From the NCBI GenBank assembly GCA_016839705.1, contig JAEOTR010000023.1:1-64000 (forward strand): 64,000 nucleotides of DNA, read 5' to 3'. This document shows, one piece after another, positions 40,419 through 50,447 of the stretch. Below the pieces are notes generated by a model, which worked only from the letters and a program-made list of their open reading frames with translations, had not been told where the DNA came from and did not search any database. Origin of the DNA: Promethearchaeota archaeon (GTDB taxonomy: Archaea; Asgardarchaeota; Lokiarchaeia; Sigyniarchaeales; SOKP01). The first letter of the stretch is position 1, and every line of letters starts with the position of its first letter. The translations under genes were made by a program, and so were the position numbers.

Positions 40419-42005
40419 ATGTCATTTGATTTAGAAGATATTGCAGGAATTGGGAAAACAACCGCAGAAAAAATGAGAGCGGCAGGGATAGATTCAATTG
40501 AAAAATTAGTTGGAGTTAAACCTGAAGATTTAGTAAAGTTAAAAATCAAAGGTGTAGGTAAGGCTAAAGCTCAAAACATAATTTCAGATGCAACAGAAAT
40601 TCTTGAAGAGCTTAGCAAAAAAGAAAAATCCTCAAAAGTGCTAACGGAAAAAATTGATGAGAAACCAAAACCAAAATCTAAACCTGAAACAGCAACAAAA
40701 TCTAAATCAAAACCAACTTCTAAAGAAAAGCGAACTTCATTAAAAGAATTAATAAAACAACAAGCAGAATGTAATATTGGTCTTGTTGGGCATGTAGATC
40801 ACGGAAAAACTACACTTGTTAAATCTTTAACGGGAGATTGGACTGATCGACATTCTGAGGAACAAGAACGAGGCATTTCAATAAAATTAGGTTATTCTAA
40901 TGCTACAATTCTCTACTGTCCTGTTTGTGATGAATATACTACCGCCCATCTTATAGAAATAAAAAGAGCAAAAGGTCAACCTCGGTTTACATGCCAAAAC
41001 TGTAAAGGGAATTTAGAATTTAGAAGAAATATATCATTTGTTGATGCCCCTGGTCATGAGATTTTAATGGCAACTATGTTAAGTGGTGCGTCTTTAATGG
41101 ATGGTGCTTGCCTTCTAATCGCTGCAGATGAGAGATGCCCCCAACCTCAAACACGAGAACATCTAGCCGCATTAAATATTGCGGGGATTAAAAAAATAAT
41201 CATCTTACAAAATAAAATTGATGCAGTTTCTCGGGAACAAGCTTTAGAGAATTTTCAGCAAATTAAAATATTTGTAAAAGGCACTGTTGCAGAAAATGCT
41301 CCAATCATACCAGTTTCAGCAGTTTTTGAGGCGAACCTCCATTTAGTTATAAGAGCTTTTGAAGAAATTATCCCTACTCCTACTTTTAATGAGGAGGAAA
41401 CCTTTCAATTTTTAATTGCTCGATCATTTGATATCAACAAACCAGGAAAAAATATTGCAGAATTACAAGGTGGGGTAATAGGCGGTTCAGTATTAAAGGG
41501 TAATATTGAAATTGGGTCTCAAATTGAAATAAAACCAGGTATACGCGTTAAGGAGGAGTATATTCCTATTAAATCAAAAGTTGTAAGTATTAGTCAAGGA
41601 GATCAAAATTTAGAAATTGCAAAACCAGGTGGACTAATTGGTTTAGGTACGAACTTAGATCCAGCATTGACTAAAGGCGATCATCTAATTGGACACCTAG
41701 TTGGAAAACCAGGAACACTTCCCGAAATTCTTAAAGAAGTTGAATTAAAAGTCAATCTTTTAGACAGAGTAATTGGTTCAGAAGTACAGATGAAGGTCCA
41801 ACCACTAAAACATGGTGAAAAATTGTTATTAGTTGTTGGAACTGAGAAAACGGGTGGAACTGTTACCAAAATATTAAAGAATAGTACAATAATAAATCTC
41901 ACACCGCCAATCTGCCCTCCTGAAGATTTTATATATGCAATTTCTCGTATCATAAATAGACGTTATCGTTTAATAGGATATGGTGAAGAAGTAAACCACA
42001 AATAG
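40419..42005 (+). CDS. eif2g: Translation initiation factor aIF-2 gamma with N-terminal helix-hairpin-helix extension
   Basis: GHVDHGKTT, RGISIKLGY, DAPGHE, PQPQTREH, NKID, RSFDINKPG, RLIGYG; N-terminal IAGIGKTTAEK and IKGVGKAKA. Confidence 0.95.
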   Translation: MSFDLEDIAGIGKTTAEKMRAAGIDSIEKLVGVKPEDLVKLKIKGVGKAKAQNIISDATEILEELSKKEKSSKVLTEKIDEKPKPKSKPETATKSKSKPTSKEKRTSLKELIKQQAECNIGLVGHVDHGKTTLVKSLTGDWTDRHSEEQERGISIKLGYSNATILYCPVCDEYTTAHLIEIKRAKGQPRFTCQNCKGNLEFRRNISFVDAPGHEILMATMLSGASLMDGACLLIAADERCPQPQTREHLAALNIAGIKKIIILQNKIDAVSREQALENFQQIKIFVKGTVAENAPIIPVSAVFEANLHLVIRAFEEIIPTPTFNEEETFQFLIARSFDINKPGKNIAELQGGVIGGSVLKGNIEIGSQIEIKPGIRVKEEYIPIKSKVVSISQGDQNLEIAKPGGLIGLGTNLDPALTKGDHLIGHLVGKPGTLPEILKEVELKVNLLDRVIGSEVQMKVQPLKHGEKLLLVVGTEKTGGTVTKILKNSTIINLTPPICPPEDFIYAISRIINRRYRLIGYGEEVNHK

Positions 42006-42012
42006 TTTTTAT

Positions 42013-42339
42013 CTATGAAGAATACGAAAGAAAAATTTCACGTATCTTTCCCTTAACTAGATTTAATGATGAGTCAACACTACTAAACACACTCTTTAAT
42101 GTTTTTACAACTTCGATATCAACATCAGAATTTTTAGATTTCGTTATAATTTGTTTAGTTTCGTAGAGGATAGTAGTATTTTCTACTTTAGCAAGAAAAT
42201 GTAGAACAATTTCTATATTTACTTGGCTAACAAGAGAGTTGCTTGTAATTTCTTTAAATTCGTAAAAAACCTCGTCTATTGTACGTCTGTCTAAAAACCT
42301 AATAAAATCATCAATATTGTCACAAAAGATAACAATCAA
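42013..42339 (-). CDS. Hypothetical protein
   Basis: 108 aa ORF co-directional with and 6 nt from the upstream gene. Confidence 0.65.
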   Translation of the reverse strand: MIVIFCDNIDDFIRFLDRRTIDEVFYEFKEITSNSLVSQVNIEIVLHFLAKVENTTILYETKQIITKSKNSDVDIEVVKTLKSVFSSVDSSLNLVKGKIREIFLSYSS

Positions 42340-42345
42340 TTTGAA

Positions 42346-44031
42346 TTAACGAAATTTTTTAAATTTAAGATAGGATAAGGCACCTACTACTAAAATAATC
42401 CCACTTGTCATTCCAAAAATTAAAATCCATAGAGGGAAGTGAGGAACACTAGTGAGAACATAATTAACTTCCTGATCTGTCGTAATAATGGCTTCTTTTA
42501 CTATCTTTCCTTGCCATATCACTCTCGCAGTATAATTCCCACGAGGAATATCATGTAATATAATTTGCCCATTTTCATCGGTTCTACCGGGATCAATAGG
42601 TTGTGTTGTCTTATTTGAGATGTACGTTCCATACGGCGCACCAAAATGAAGTATTTCAACAGTTACACCCACTAAAGGCATTTTGATGTTATCAGTAACA
42701 ATAAGATTCAGTGTTTGCGTTGCCCTGTATCTAATTGAAAACGGGCAAGTTTCACCCATGATTAGATAAGGCATATTCATTTTCAGACCGGATTGTCCCG
42801 GAACTGTATCATTAAGGTCAAAAAATTCCACTTCTCTATTAAATAATGAACTCGAAGTTACAAATGGATCAAAAATAATACCCGTGTCATATAGCGCAAC
42901 ATTTTTCAGATAAATATACCGTGGTCCTGTAATTATTGATATAAAATAGATTCTCTCTCTTATATTTCTCTCGGCTAGCAATCTATCAATAGCCCATGAG
43001 TTCCCGACGGGCTCTTCGAACTTCAAGCCAAAAGTATAGGTAAAATTCAATGAGATAAAACTTCTATTTAGTTGAAATTGATCCGATATTTTAATACTTA
43101 TAGATTTATCGGGATTAAGATAATCATTGACATTCACATCAACAGTATTTATAATAAAGTCCTGATAACTCAATAACTCTCTTTCCGGTGGGAAAATCGT
43201 TAAAGCCGCATCTATAAATTCTATTGGCATTATAGTTTCCGCGTCTGGAAGTAGATAATATCCAAGGAGATAAAATTGATAAGTAAATCTTGACGTAAAC
43301 TCCTGTTCTATTTCTGTCATTATTAAAGGAGTTTCTTCCCTTTGATCTAAACTCCAGTCACCCAGTGCTACATTGTACTCCCAAATTAGGTACATTTCAA
43401 AATTAAAAATGGGTTTGTTGAAATAATCCTCATAATAAAAAACAATATATCCCTTACTATTTAAATAATAATCTGAACCTTTTGTTAGTTTAATGATTGA
43501 AGTACCGTCATCAACGTAAAAATCCAGTAATATTGCGTTGTCAAAAGCTGTACGGTATAGTAAATATCCCGCTTGTGTATTATTATAATAAACACCGAGA
43601 GTTTCATTTAATTTAAGTCCTATTGAATTTCTATTAGTTCCGTTTAAATTATCACTCGTTGCTTGACTGATAGTTTCAATGAATTCTACTCCTGATTCTG
43701 GTAGAAAATAAAATAAAGAAAATGAATTAAAATCCTCATCAAGAAGAGGATGGTCTTCAGAATCATTTACAATACCAAGTTGATAAAAATCAAAATGTAA
43801 ATTATCTATTGTGACATTTCCCAATCCATACTCCTCTTTCGATAATATAGCATTATAATCGTCTTTTGAGAACTCATTGGTACCAAGATCGTTACTATAA
43901 GGGTTATACTCTAAAGTAGGATTAAAGATGAAATTTCCTGCATAGATGGGAATTATAAATGAGATAACTAACAAGGAAATTAAAAAAGTCCTTCGAGAGA
44001 TTATATTATAATTCCTTGTCTTAGGAGACAT
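42346..44031 (-). CDS. Secreted/surface protein with carboxypeptidase-regulatory-like domain and C-terminal TM anchor
   Basis: Signal/TM at the N-terminus; PLVGVTVEI...TDENGQI...GNYT; several N-x-S/T sequons; TM + KFKKFR. Confidence 0.7.
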   Translation of the reverse strand: MSPKTRNYNIISRRTFLISLLVISFIIPIYAGNFIFNPTLEYNPYSNDLGTNEFSKDDYNAILSKEEYGLGNVTIDNLHFDFYQLGIVNDSEDHPLLDEDFNSFSLFYFLPESGVEFIETISQATSDNLNGTNRNSIGLKLNETLGVYYNNTQAGYLLYRTAFDNAILLDFYVDDGTSIIKLTKGSDYYLNSKGYIVFYYEDYFNKPIFNFEMYLIWEYNVALGDWSLDQREETPLIMTEIEQEFTSRFTYQFYLLGYYLLPDAETIMPIEFIDAALTIFPPERELLSYQDFIINTVDVNVNDYLNPDKSISIKISDQFQLNRSFISLNFTYTFGLKFEEPVGNSWAIDRLLAERNIRERIYFISIITGPRYIYLKNVALYDTGIIFDPFVTSSSLFNREVEFFDLNDTVPGQSGLKMNMPYLIMGETCPFSIRYRATQTLNLIVTDNIKMPLVGVTVEILHFGAPYGTYISNKTTQPIDPGRTDENGQIILHDIPRGNYTARVIWQGKIVKEAIITTDQEVNYVLTSVPHFPLWILIFGMTSGIILVVGALSYLKFKKFR

Positions 44032-44283
44032 AGTAGACCTTTTAGTTATAGAATCTTAAAAACAGAAAATTAAAACTTATTAATTAAATTTTCTAAAGAT
44101 TTTAACTTTTTCCTTGATTTCATCAAAAATTCGATATTAAATAGGAATATTTATAATAATTGAATTTATTTGGAATTTATCAGATTTCAATCAGAATAAA
44201 AAAATTTGATTTAACTTACGATTTTCTAGTAATTTACACAAATAATACAATACTCTTTGTAATCTAATATTTAATTGATGTAA

Positions 44284-45663
44284 ATGACCAAGAGCCCAAA
44301 CAGAGCTAAATTTTTAGAGGTTTTTAACCATGCAGTCGATCAATTTATTGATCATTCCTATACTCGAGTTATTAACATTTCCCATAATGATGCTGATGGT
44401 ATAAGCAGCTTACACATTATCCAAAATTTATTACATAAGCTAAAATTAGATTATGATTATTTTATATATAATCGATCTGTTTCTTGGGATAATTATTTAA
44501 ATGGAATTCTTTCAAAAAGGCAAAGTGAAAAGACAGCTTTGATCTTTACCGATCTAGGGTCTAACTTAGCAGAATTAGTTCCCATTATCAGAAATAGAAA
44601 GGAACATTTTTATATACTTGACCATCATGAAGTAGAAGATTCAATTAGTATTGATGAGATACCTGAGAATCTAATTTTTGTTAATCCCACTATTCATGGG
44701 TATGATGGTCTCGACCATATCTCTGGGGCTACTCTAGCATTTATGTTTGCGAAACAAATAAAACACTCAATAATAAAACAAGGATGGTTAACGGTAATAG
44801 GAATTGCAGGAGATTCATTAAAGTCTATGGATAAACTTCAATCCTTTAATCGGGAAGTGTATGAAGAATTAATTGACGAGGAACTTATAGAAGATAAAAA
44901 TGGACTCACTATTTTTGGAAATATGCATGAATCTATCAAAAACGGCTTAAAATATAGTATTTTACCCTTTATTAAAGGTTTTGGGGGGGAATCTGATCAA
45001 CCTATTATCTCTTTTCTTAACTCTAAAAAAATTAATCCTAAAACAAAAGTTATTGACTTACATGTCAATGAAATCAAAATTCTTCAGCAAAAAATAAATG
45101 CCGATAGTTATGGCCATTTTGCTTTAATACCCCAAAAAGAAGGATTATTAAAGTTTGCCTTCGAGCATGCCCTCTTAATAAATATTCTCTGTTTTAAAAA
45201 TATTAGCGCGGCGCTCTCAATTATACAATTAAAATCAATAACTCGTTATGCTAAGGATATGTATGCTGAATATATTCACCATCTCGTAAATAATTTAAAA
45301 ACGATTTCTAATGATCCACCATCTTATGAAACAGAAAAAGCTGTTTTTTTAGAGGTAAAAGGAAAAATACCACCAAGTAATTGGTCAGATACAGCTAGTT
45401 TCAGTGCTGTTAATGAACTTTTTAGTCCTGAGAAGATTTTATTTTTAGGTGGTCTAGAAAAAAAATCTGGAACGATCAAATTAAGTATTCGATGTTCTAG
45501 AAAATATCTTGAAAATCATAATGAGAACGGTGTAAATAATATTATTTCTAAAATAAAAAAAGAATTGGGTGGGATAGGTGGAGGTCATAAATTAGCTGGA
45601 GGCATTAGATTATCCGTCCCATCCTATAATCGTTTAAAAAAATATTCTACAGATTTTATTTAA
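44284..45663 (+). CDS. DHH/DHHA1 nuclease, archaeal RecJ/GAN (Cdc45-like) family
   Basis: HNDADG, TDLG, LDHH, ISGA, AGD, GGGHKLAGG. Confidence 0.85.
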   Translation: MTKSPNRAKFLEVFNHAVDQFIDHSYTRVINISHNDADGISSLHIIQNLLHKLKLDYDYFIYNRSVSWDNYLNGILSKRQSEKTALIFTDLGSNLAELVPIIRNRKEHFYILDHHEVEDSISIDEIPENLIFVNPTIHGYDGLDHISGATLAFMFAKQIKHSIIKQGWLTVIGIAGDSLKSMDKLQSFNREVYEELIDEELIEDKNGLTIFGNMHESIKNGLKYSILPFIKGFGGESDQPIISFLNSKKINPKTKVIDLHVNEIKILQQKINADSYGHFALIPQKEGLLKFAFEHALLINILCFKNISAALSIIQLKSITRYAKDMYAEYIHHLVNNLKTISNDPPSYETEKAVFLEVKGKIPPSNWSDTASFSAVNELFSPEKILFLGGLEKKSGTIKLSIRCSRKYLENHNENGVNNIISKIKKELGGIGGGHKLAGGIRLSVPSYNRLKKYSTDFI

Positions 45664-45693
45664 TATTTTTAAAACAAGATTTTTGCATTAAAA

Positions 45694-45990
45694 ATGACAT
45701 TTCTTGAAAAAGTAAGAGATTGTTCATACCTAGCACATATTAAAGTAAAAACTAATTCGAAAAAACAAGATGTCATTAATAATGGGGAATTTCTTACAAT
45801 TTTAGTTCGATCGAAAGCAATCCATAACAAGGCAAATAAAGAGTTAATAGATCTTATAAAGAGAAAACTGGAGATATCTTCAAATCAAATTCAAATTATT
45901 AGTGGTTTAAAAAGTTCTAAAAAGTTAATTCAAATAAATTTTTCAGAAGATGTTGAAGAACGAGAAATCTATTCTAAACTAATCGTATAA
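45694..45990 (+). CDS. DUF167 (YggU) family protein
   Basis: IKVKTNSKK, A..NKANKELI, IISGLKSSKK. Confidence 0.85.
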   Translation: MTFLEKVRDCSYLAHIKVKTNSKKQDVINNGEFLTILVRSKAIHNKANKELIDLIKRKLEISSNQIQIISGLKSSKKLIQINFSEDVEEREIYSKLIV

Positions 45991-45995
45991 GTATT

Positions 45996-46346
45996 CTAAC
46001 TCCCAATTTTCTTCATTTTACCACATTTTAAACATATAATAAAGTGAGTCATTCCCTCATCAGCACTTCGTGTTTGACGAGTTTCCAAATGTGCTTTATT
46101 ATATCCACAACGTGGACACCTAAAATCTTTGATGCTACTCCTTAAATACTCCTCTTTCCACGCCATAAATTCAGAAATGTTTGTAATTTCACCCCTGATA
46201 GAATGTTCTATTTTAGTCGTTAATTTATAAGCTCCAGAATTTTCTTCAGTTAAATTCTTCGTTGCTCCACATTTACATTTAAAAATTTTTTTCCCATTTA
46301 GCTTAGAAGGGAGCATCATACTTCCACATTTGTCGCAGAATTCCAT
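45996..46346 (-). CDS. tfs: Transcription factor S (TFS/RpoM)
   Basis: MEFCDKCG N-terminal ribbon; CPRCG...QTRSADEG..FIICLKCG with intact acidic DE pair. Confidence 0.92.
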   Translation of the reverse strand: MEFCDKCGSMMLPSKLNGKKIFKCKCGATKNLTEENSGAYKLTTKIEHSIRGEITNISEFMAWKEEYLRSSIKDFRCPRCGYNKAHLETRQTRSADEGMTHFIICLKCGKMKKIGS

Positions 46347-46420
46347 AAATCTTTAATCCGTCTAATAATGATTAATACCTAAATTTAAAAAATTAATTAT
46401 CCCAAATAATTTTTATTCAT

Positions 46421-47395
46421 TTATAGTTTAAATCCAAAAATCAAAGCACAAAAGATTGTTCCTGCAAGAAGATCTGCAGTAGTACCAGGATTTAAATTAC
46501 TGTTTTTCCCTTGAATTTCCCTATCTAATTTAAAAGTTAAGTCTAAACCTTCTTCAGATGAGATGCCCCCATGCTGTAGAATTATTCTTGCTTTCTCTGA
46601 TATATCTATAGCAGCATCAATACCCGATTTTCTGATTATAAGGGTATCAGGATGATTTGATAATAACTTCAAATAAGTATTTACAGTTGTAATATTAGTG
46701 TTATGAAACTGATAAAGTGTTTCAAGGAAGTAAGGTAATCCCTCAGTTAAAATAATACTAAATCCCGTTGAATATTCATAACTAATTAGGTCATATTCTT
46801 TTGAGATTTCAAAGATCTTCTTTAAGTTAATTTTATCAACCTGAATCTCTTTAATTGAATTTTCTTTGGTAATATCATACTTTTCAACGCTCCCTAAACC
46901 CCCGGGATTACAGGTTCTTATAGCCTCATACAAATTCAGTGTATCTTCTACTGTTGATTCATCAATTACTCTTAGTAAATGATATTTAAAATCATTAAAT
47001 TTGAATGTGTTTTTTTTTAAGCATATAGTAGCAGCTGCAGCAAGAGGAGATAGTATTAAAATATGTCCTAGTAGAACATTACCCCCACTTTGCCATTTTA
47101 TCATTTCTTTAGTAGCATTCTTATAAAAAAGACCTAGTCCAATAGACTCATAATCTTTTTCAATATTAAATGAACTTTGGTATATTTTGTTACACAAAAC
47201 CTTGAAACTTGGTTGGATTGCAGTAATTCCCGCTAAAAAATGTTCAAATTTTGTATCTTTAAAATCTTGAGTACGATGCACATTACCAGGCTTTGGCCAA
47301 CCCGCTAATTCTAATAAGCTTGCGAGATTAATACTCCTCGTTATATCATCAATTGATTTAATAGATAAACTGAGAATGGGTTTTGTCACAGACAC
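46421..47395 (-). CDS. citG: CitG-family triphosphoribosyl-dephospho-CoA synthase-like protein
   Basis: KPGNVHR, GNVLLG, PDTLIIRK, NPGTTADL. Confidence 0.85.
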   Translation of the reverse strand: MSVTKPILSLSIKSIDDITRSINLASLLELAGWPKPGNVHRTQDFKDTKFEHFLAGITAIQPSFKVLCNKIYQSSFNIEKDYESIGLGLFYKNATKEMIKWQSGGNVLLGHILILSPLAAAATICLKKNTFKFNDFKYHLLRVIDESTVEDTLNLYEAIRTCNPGGLGSVEKYDITKENSIKEIQVDKINLKKIFEISKEYDLISYEYSTGFSIILTEGLPYFLETLYQFHNTNITTVNTYLKLLSNHPDTLIIRKSGIDAAIDISEKARIILQHGGISSEEGLDLTFKLDREIQGKNSNLNPGTTADLLAGTIFCALIFGFKL

Positions 47396-47445
47396 AACTA
47401 AGTATAGTTTTCAATTTATATAATAATATTGAGAAAGAAGTTGAG

Positions 47446-47766
47446 TTAGTAATAACTTAAATCGATTATTTTTTTCTCTTTTATTGAATATCCTTCTTTT
47501 TCAGATGATTTATATGAAATTGGTCTAAATTCTTTATTCAAACCTTTTTTATATAAGAATTTTTTAATCCTAAGTCTTAAAGCTCGCTTTGATAAAGTTA
47601 GGGGTAGCGAAACATTTAGTTCATTTCCATCACGATCAAGATTAATCTGTGGTAATGCTTCTGCTAAAAATCTGACTAAGTCAACTACATGCTGATCGCT
47701 CTTAAAACTTAAATCTTTAACAAAAATTGTAACTGTTTTGCTTTCAACTTCATTCATACTATTCAC
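47446..47766 (-). CDS. rpl22e: Ribosomal protein eL22 (L22e)
   Basis: LSKRALRLRIKKFLYKKGL...FRPIS...GYSI resembles the eL22 SKRYLKYLTKKYLKK motif. Confidence 0.75.
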   Translation of the reverse strand: MNSMNEVESKTVTIFVKDLSFKSDQHVVDLVRFLAEALPQINLDRDGNELNVSLPLTLSKRALRLRIKKFLYKKGLNKEFRPISYKSSEKEGYSIKEKKIIDLSYY

Positions 47767-47898
47767 TGAATAAATTAATTAAAAATATTATAAATTTTTT
47801 ATGATTTTAATAATTTAATTCATTAAAGTTGTTTCTTATTGAGAATTTTTGAGTTTATCAAAAGAAAATTAATTTTATATTAGTTAAGGTGGAATAGA

Positions 47899-49173
47899 TT
47901 GGTAAATTATGTAAATTTAGATTATACACCAAATAACAATGATCTTATTGCTATGTACTATGTAGAATTATCACCCGAATGTACAGATTTAGAGCAGGCA
48001 TGTGAAGAAATTGCAAAGGAAAGCTCAATAGGTACTTGGACTGAAATTGCTACACTTTCTGCTGATATCGCTGAACGATTGAAACCTTCAGCATTTTATA
48101 TCGATCCAAAAAATAGCATTGTTAAAATAGCTTACACAGAAGAATTATTCGAAGCAGAGAATTTGCCACAAATTTTAAGTGCTGTAGCTGGAAATATTTT
48201 TGGAATGAAAGTTCTAAAATACTTGAGATTATTAGATATTAGTTTTCCTAAAAATATAGTTGAAAAGTACAAGGGACCGAAACATGGAATCAATGGAATC
48301 AGAAAATTGACTAAAGTTAACGATCGTCCCCTCCTAGGAACAATTGTAAAACCAAAGGTTGGATTGAATGAAAAAGAACATGCAAAAGTGTGTGGTGATG
48401 CTTGGAGAGGGGGATTAGATATAGTGAAAGACGATGAAAATTTAACCAGTATGATTTTTAATAAATTTGAAGAAAGAGTCATCGAAACATTAAAGATACG
48501 GGATAAGATTGAAAAAGAAGTAGGAGAAAAAAAAATTTATATGCCAAATATCACCGCACCCCTCACAACTATGAAAAAAAGAGCTGATTTTGTTATTGAT
48601 AATGGTGGTGAATATGTGATGATAGATATTGTTACGATCGGATTCTCTGCCTTACAAGATATTAGAGAGTATTTAGACAAAAGAGAAGTAGTACTCCACG
48701 CACATAGGGCAATGCATGCTGCTTTTACTCGTAATAAAAAACATGGGATGACGATGTTAGCTTTAGCTAAATTGATGAGACTAATTGGGATGGATCAACT
48801 CCATACTGGAACAATTGTAGGGAAAATGGAAGGTGGAAGACAAGAAGTTTTAGAAACCAACAAGGTTATAACCGAAAACAAAATAATTGGCAATGATTTA
48901 TCAATCCTCGATCAAGCTTGGTATAATATTAAACCAATATTACCTGTAGCATCAGGCGGTTTGAGCCCTTTAGATGCACCAGAATTGATGAAGATTTTGG
49001 GAAAGGATATGGTTTTTCAATTTGGAGGGGGTTGTCATGGTCATCCTGATGGAACAGAAATGGGGGCTAAAGCAATAAGACAAGCCATTGATGCAGTTTT
49101 AGGAGATTATGGTTTAAAAGAATATTCTAAAAACCACGCCGAATTAGCCAGAGCTATTAAAAAATGGGGTTAA
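47899..49173 (+). CDS. rbcL: RuBisCO large subunit, form III
   Basis: ESSIGTW, GTIVKPKVG, GLDIVKDDE, HAHRAMH, GKMEG, VASGG, FGGGCHGHPDG; catalytic motifs intact. Confidence 0.95.
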   Translation: MVNYVNLDYTPNNNDLIAMYYVELSPECTDLEQACEEIAKESSIGTWTEIATLSADIAERLKPSAFYIDPKNSIVKIAYTEELFEAENLPQILSAVAGNIFGMKVLKYLRLLDISFPKNIVEKYKGPKHGINGIRKLTKVNDRPLLGTIVKPKVGLNEKEHAKVCGDAWRGGLDIVKDDENLTSMIFNKFEERVIETLKIRDKIEKEVGEKKIYMPNITAPLTTMKKRADFVIDNGGEYVMIDIVTIGFSALQDIREYLDKREVVLHAHRAMHAAFTRNKKHGMTMLALAKLMRLIGMDQLHTGTIVGKMEGGRQEVLETNKVITENKIIGNDLSILDQAWYNIKPILPVASGGLSPLDAPELMKILGKDMVFQFGGGCHGHPDGTEMGAKAIRQAIDAVLGDYGLKEYSKNHAELARAIKKWG

Positions 49174-49187
49174 TTTGAACAATTTAT

Positions 49188-50123
49188 CTATTCTATAATT
49201 TCTGGGTACAGTTTGGCAAAATAATTTGATATATGACTCGAAGCAAATATTCCTGCTTCCGTAATTAAGCCATCTATATACCTACGAGATACAGTTTCGA
49301 AAGCAGGATTTAAAATATTAACATTATTGGGTGGATTTTCCCAGACTTCTTTTGGATCTCTCATTTCTATAGTCTCTAAAATTCCCAGATTTGTCTCAGG
49401 ATTATATTTCAAAAGTGGTGATGCAACATAGAATGGAACATGCTCTTCATGGGCTACTAACGCTAAAAGTCTTGATCCGATCTTGTTGATAATTGTTCCT
49501 TCACTAGTAATGCTATCTGCACCAATTAAAATTAGGTCAACTTGAAAATGTCTTACAGCCCATCTCATAGCACTATCAACAACATGAATAACTTCGATAT
49601 TTGACTCAATTAATTCCTTTGCAGTAATCCTTCCTTGTAATCTGGGTTGAGTTTCTGTATTAATTACTTTAAAATTTTTGTCTTGCTTCTTTGCTTCTAA
49701 TAAAATAGCAGTTACAAGACTAGAATGACAATGTGTCATTATAACAAATTTTTTGCTTGCATTAGGAATACGTCTTGCACCTATTTCAGCGATTTTTCTT
49801 TTAGATTCTTGGAGCATTTCATTATACTCGTTTTTATATCCTTCAATTATCTCTGGAATATTTTCTAGACTACAATTATGTTTTTCCCTTTCTAATTTAT
49901 GCACTATAAAATATAAACCATTTTTCATTGCAGGTTCAGTTGGTCTTGTATCAATTAAAATATCTTTTGCTTTGTGAAGGCTTTCAATACACCTATCGAT
50001 AGATTTGTATTGTAACCGCTTTGCATAATTATTTAAAAAATCAATCGCATTCAAAGCTATATTTGTAGCCCCTTGTATTTCTAGTGATCTGATTTTTTCC
50101 GCATCTTCCAATAATTTTTTCAT
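49188..50123 (-). CDS. Ribose-1,5-bisphosphate isomerase (eIF2B-like family)
   Basis: IQGATNIA, TRPTEP, THCHSS, ETQPRLQG, GADSI, NKIGS, NPAFE; adjacent to RuBisCO. Confidence 0.88.
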   Translation of the reverse strand: MKKLLEDAEKIRSLEIQGATNIALNAIDFLNNYAKRLQYKSIDRCIESLHKAKDILIDTRPTEPAMKNGLYFIVHKLEREKHNCSLENIPEIIEGYKNEYNEMLQESKRKIAEIGARRIPNASKKFVIMTHCHSSLVTAILLEAKKQDKNFKVINTETQPRLQGRITAKELIESNIEVIHVVDSAMRWAVRHFQVDLILIGADSITSEGTIINKIGSRLLALVAHEEHVPFYVASPLLKYNPETNLGILETIEMRDPKEVWENPPNNVNILNPAFETVSRRYIDGLITEAGIFASSHISNYFAKLYPEIIE

Positions 50124-50145
50124 AGATTGTCACTTACTACTTTTT

Positions 50146-50340
50146 TCAATTTTCAAAATTATTCTTCTCATGGTTTTCTTGATCTAATTCAAAATCTTCA
50201 GGGTCAATTTCTATGTAAAAGTGTCCTAGATAGCCACAATTGGTACATTCATACATATTTGGGGCTAACCAGCCCGAAACATTAACAGCATTTCTTAATT
50301 TTGGTTCTTTGCATTTGGGGCAAATTCTAATATCTACCAT
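50146..50340 (-). CDS. Small zinc-finger protein
   Basis: CPKC...SGWL...YECTNCGY.G. Confidence 0.75.
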   Translation of the reverse strand: MVDIRICPKCKEPKLRNAVNVSGWLAPNMYECTNCGYLGHFYIEIDPEDFELDQENHEKNNFEN

Positions 50341-50447
50341 AATTTTAATACAACTAATTTTGTATCTTTAAGAAAAAATACATATTAAGAATAATTATTT
50401 TTCTATAAATTTTTAATTAGAAAAGAATTAAATCGAATCCTAATATT

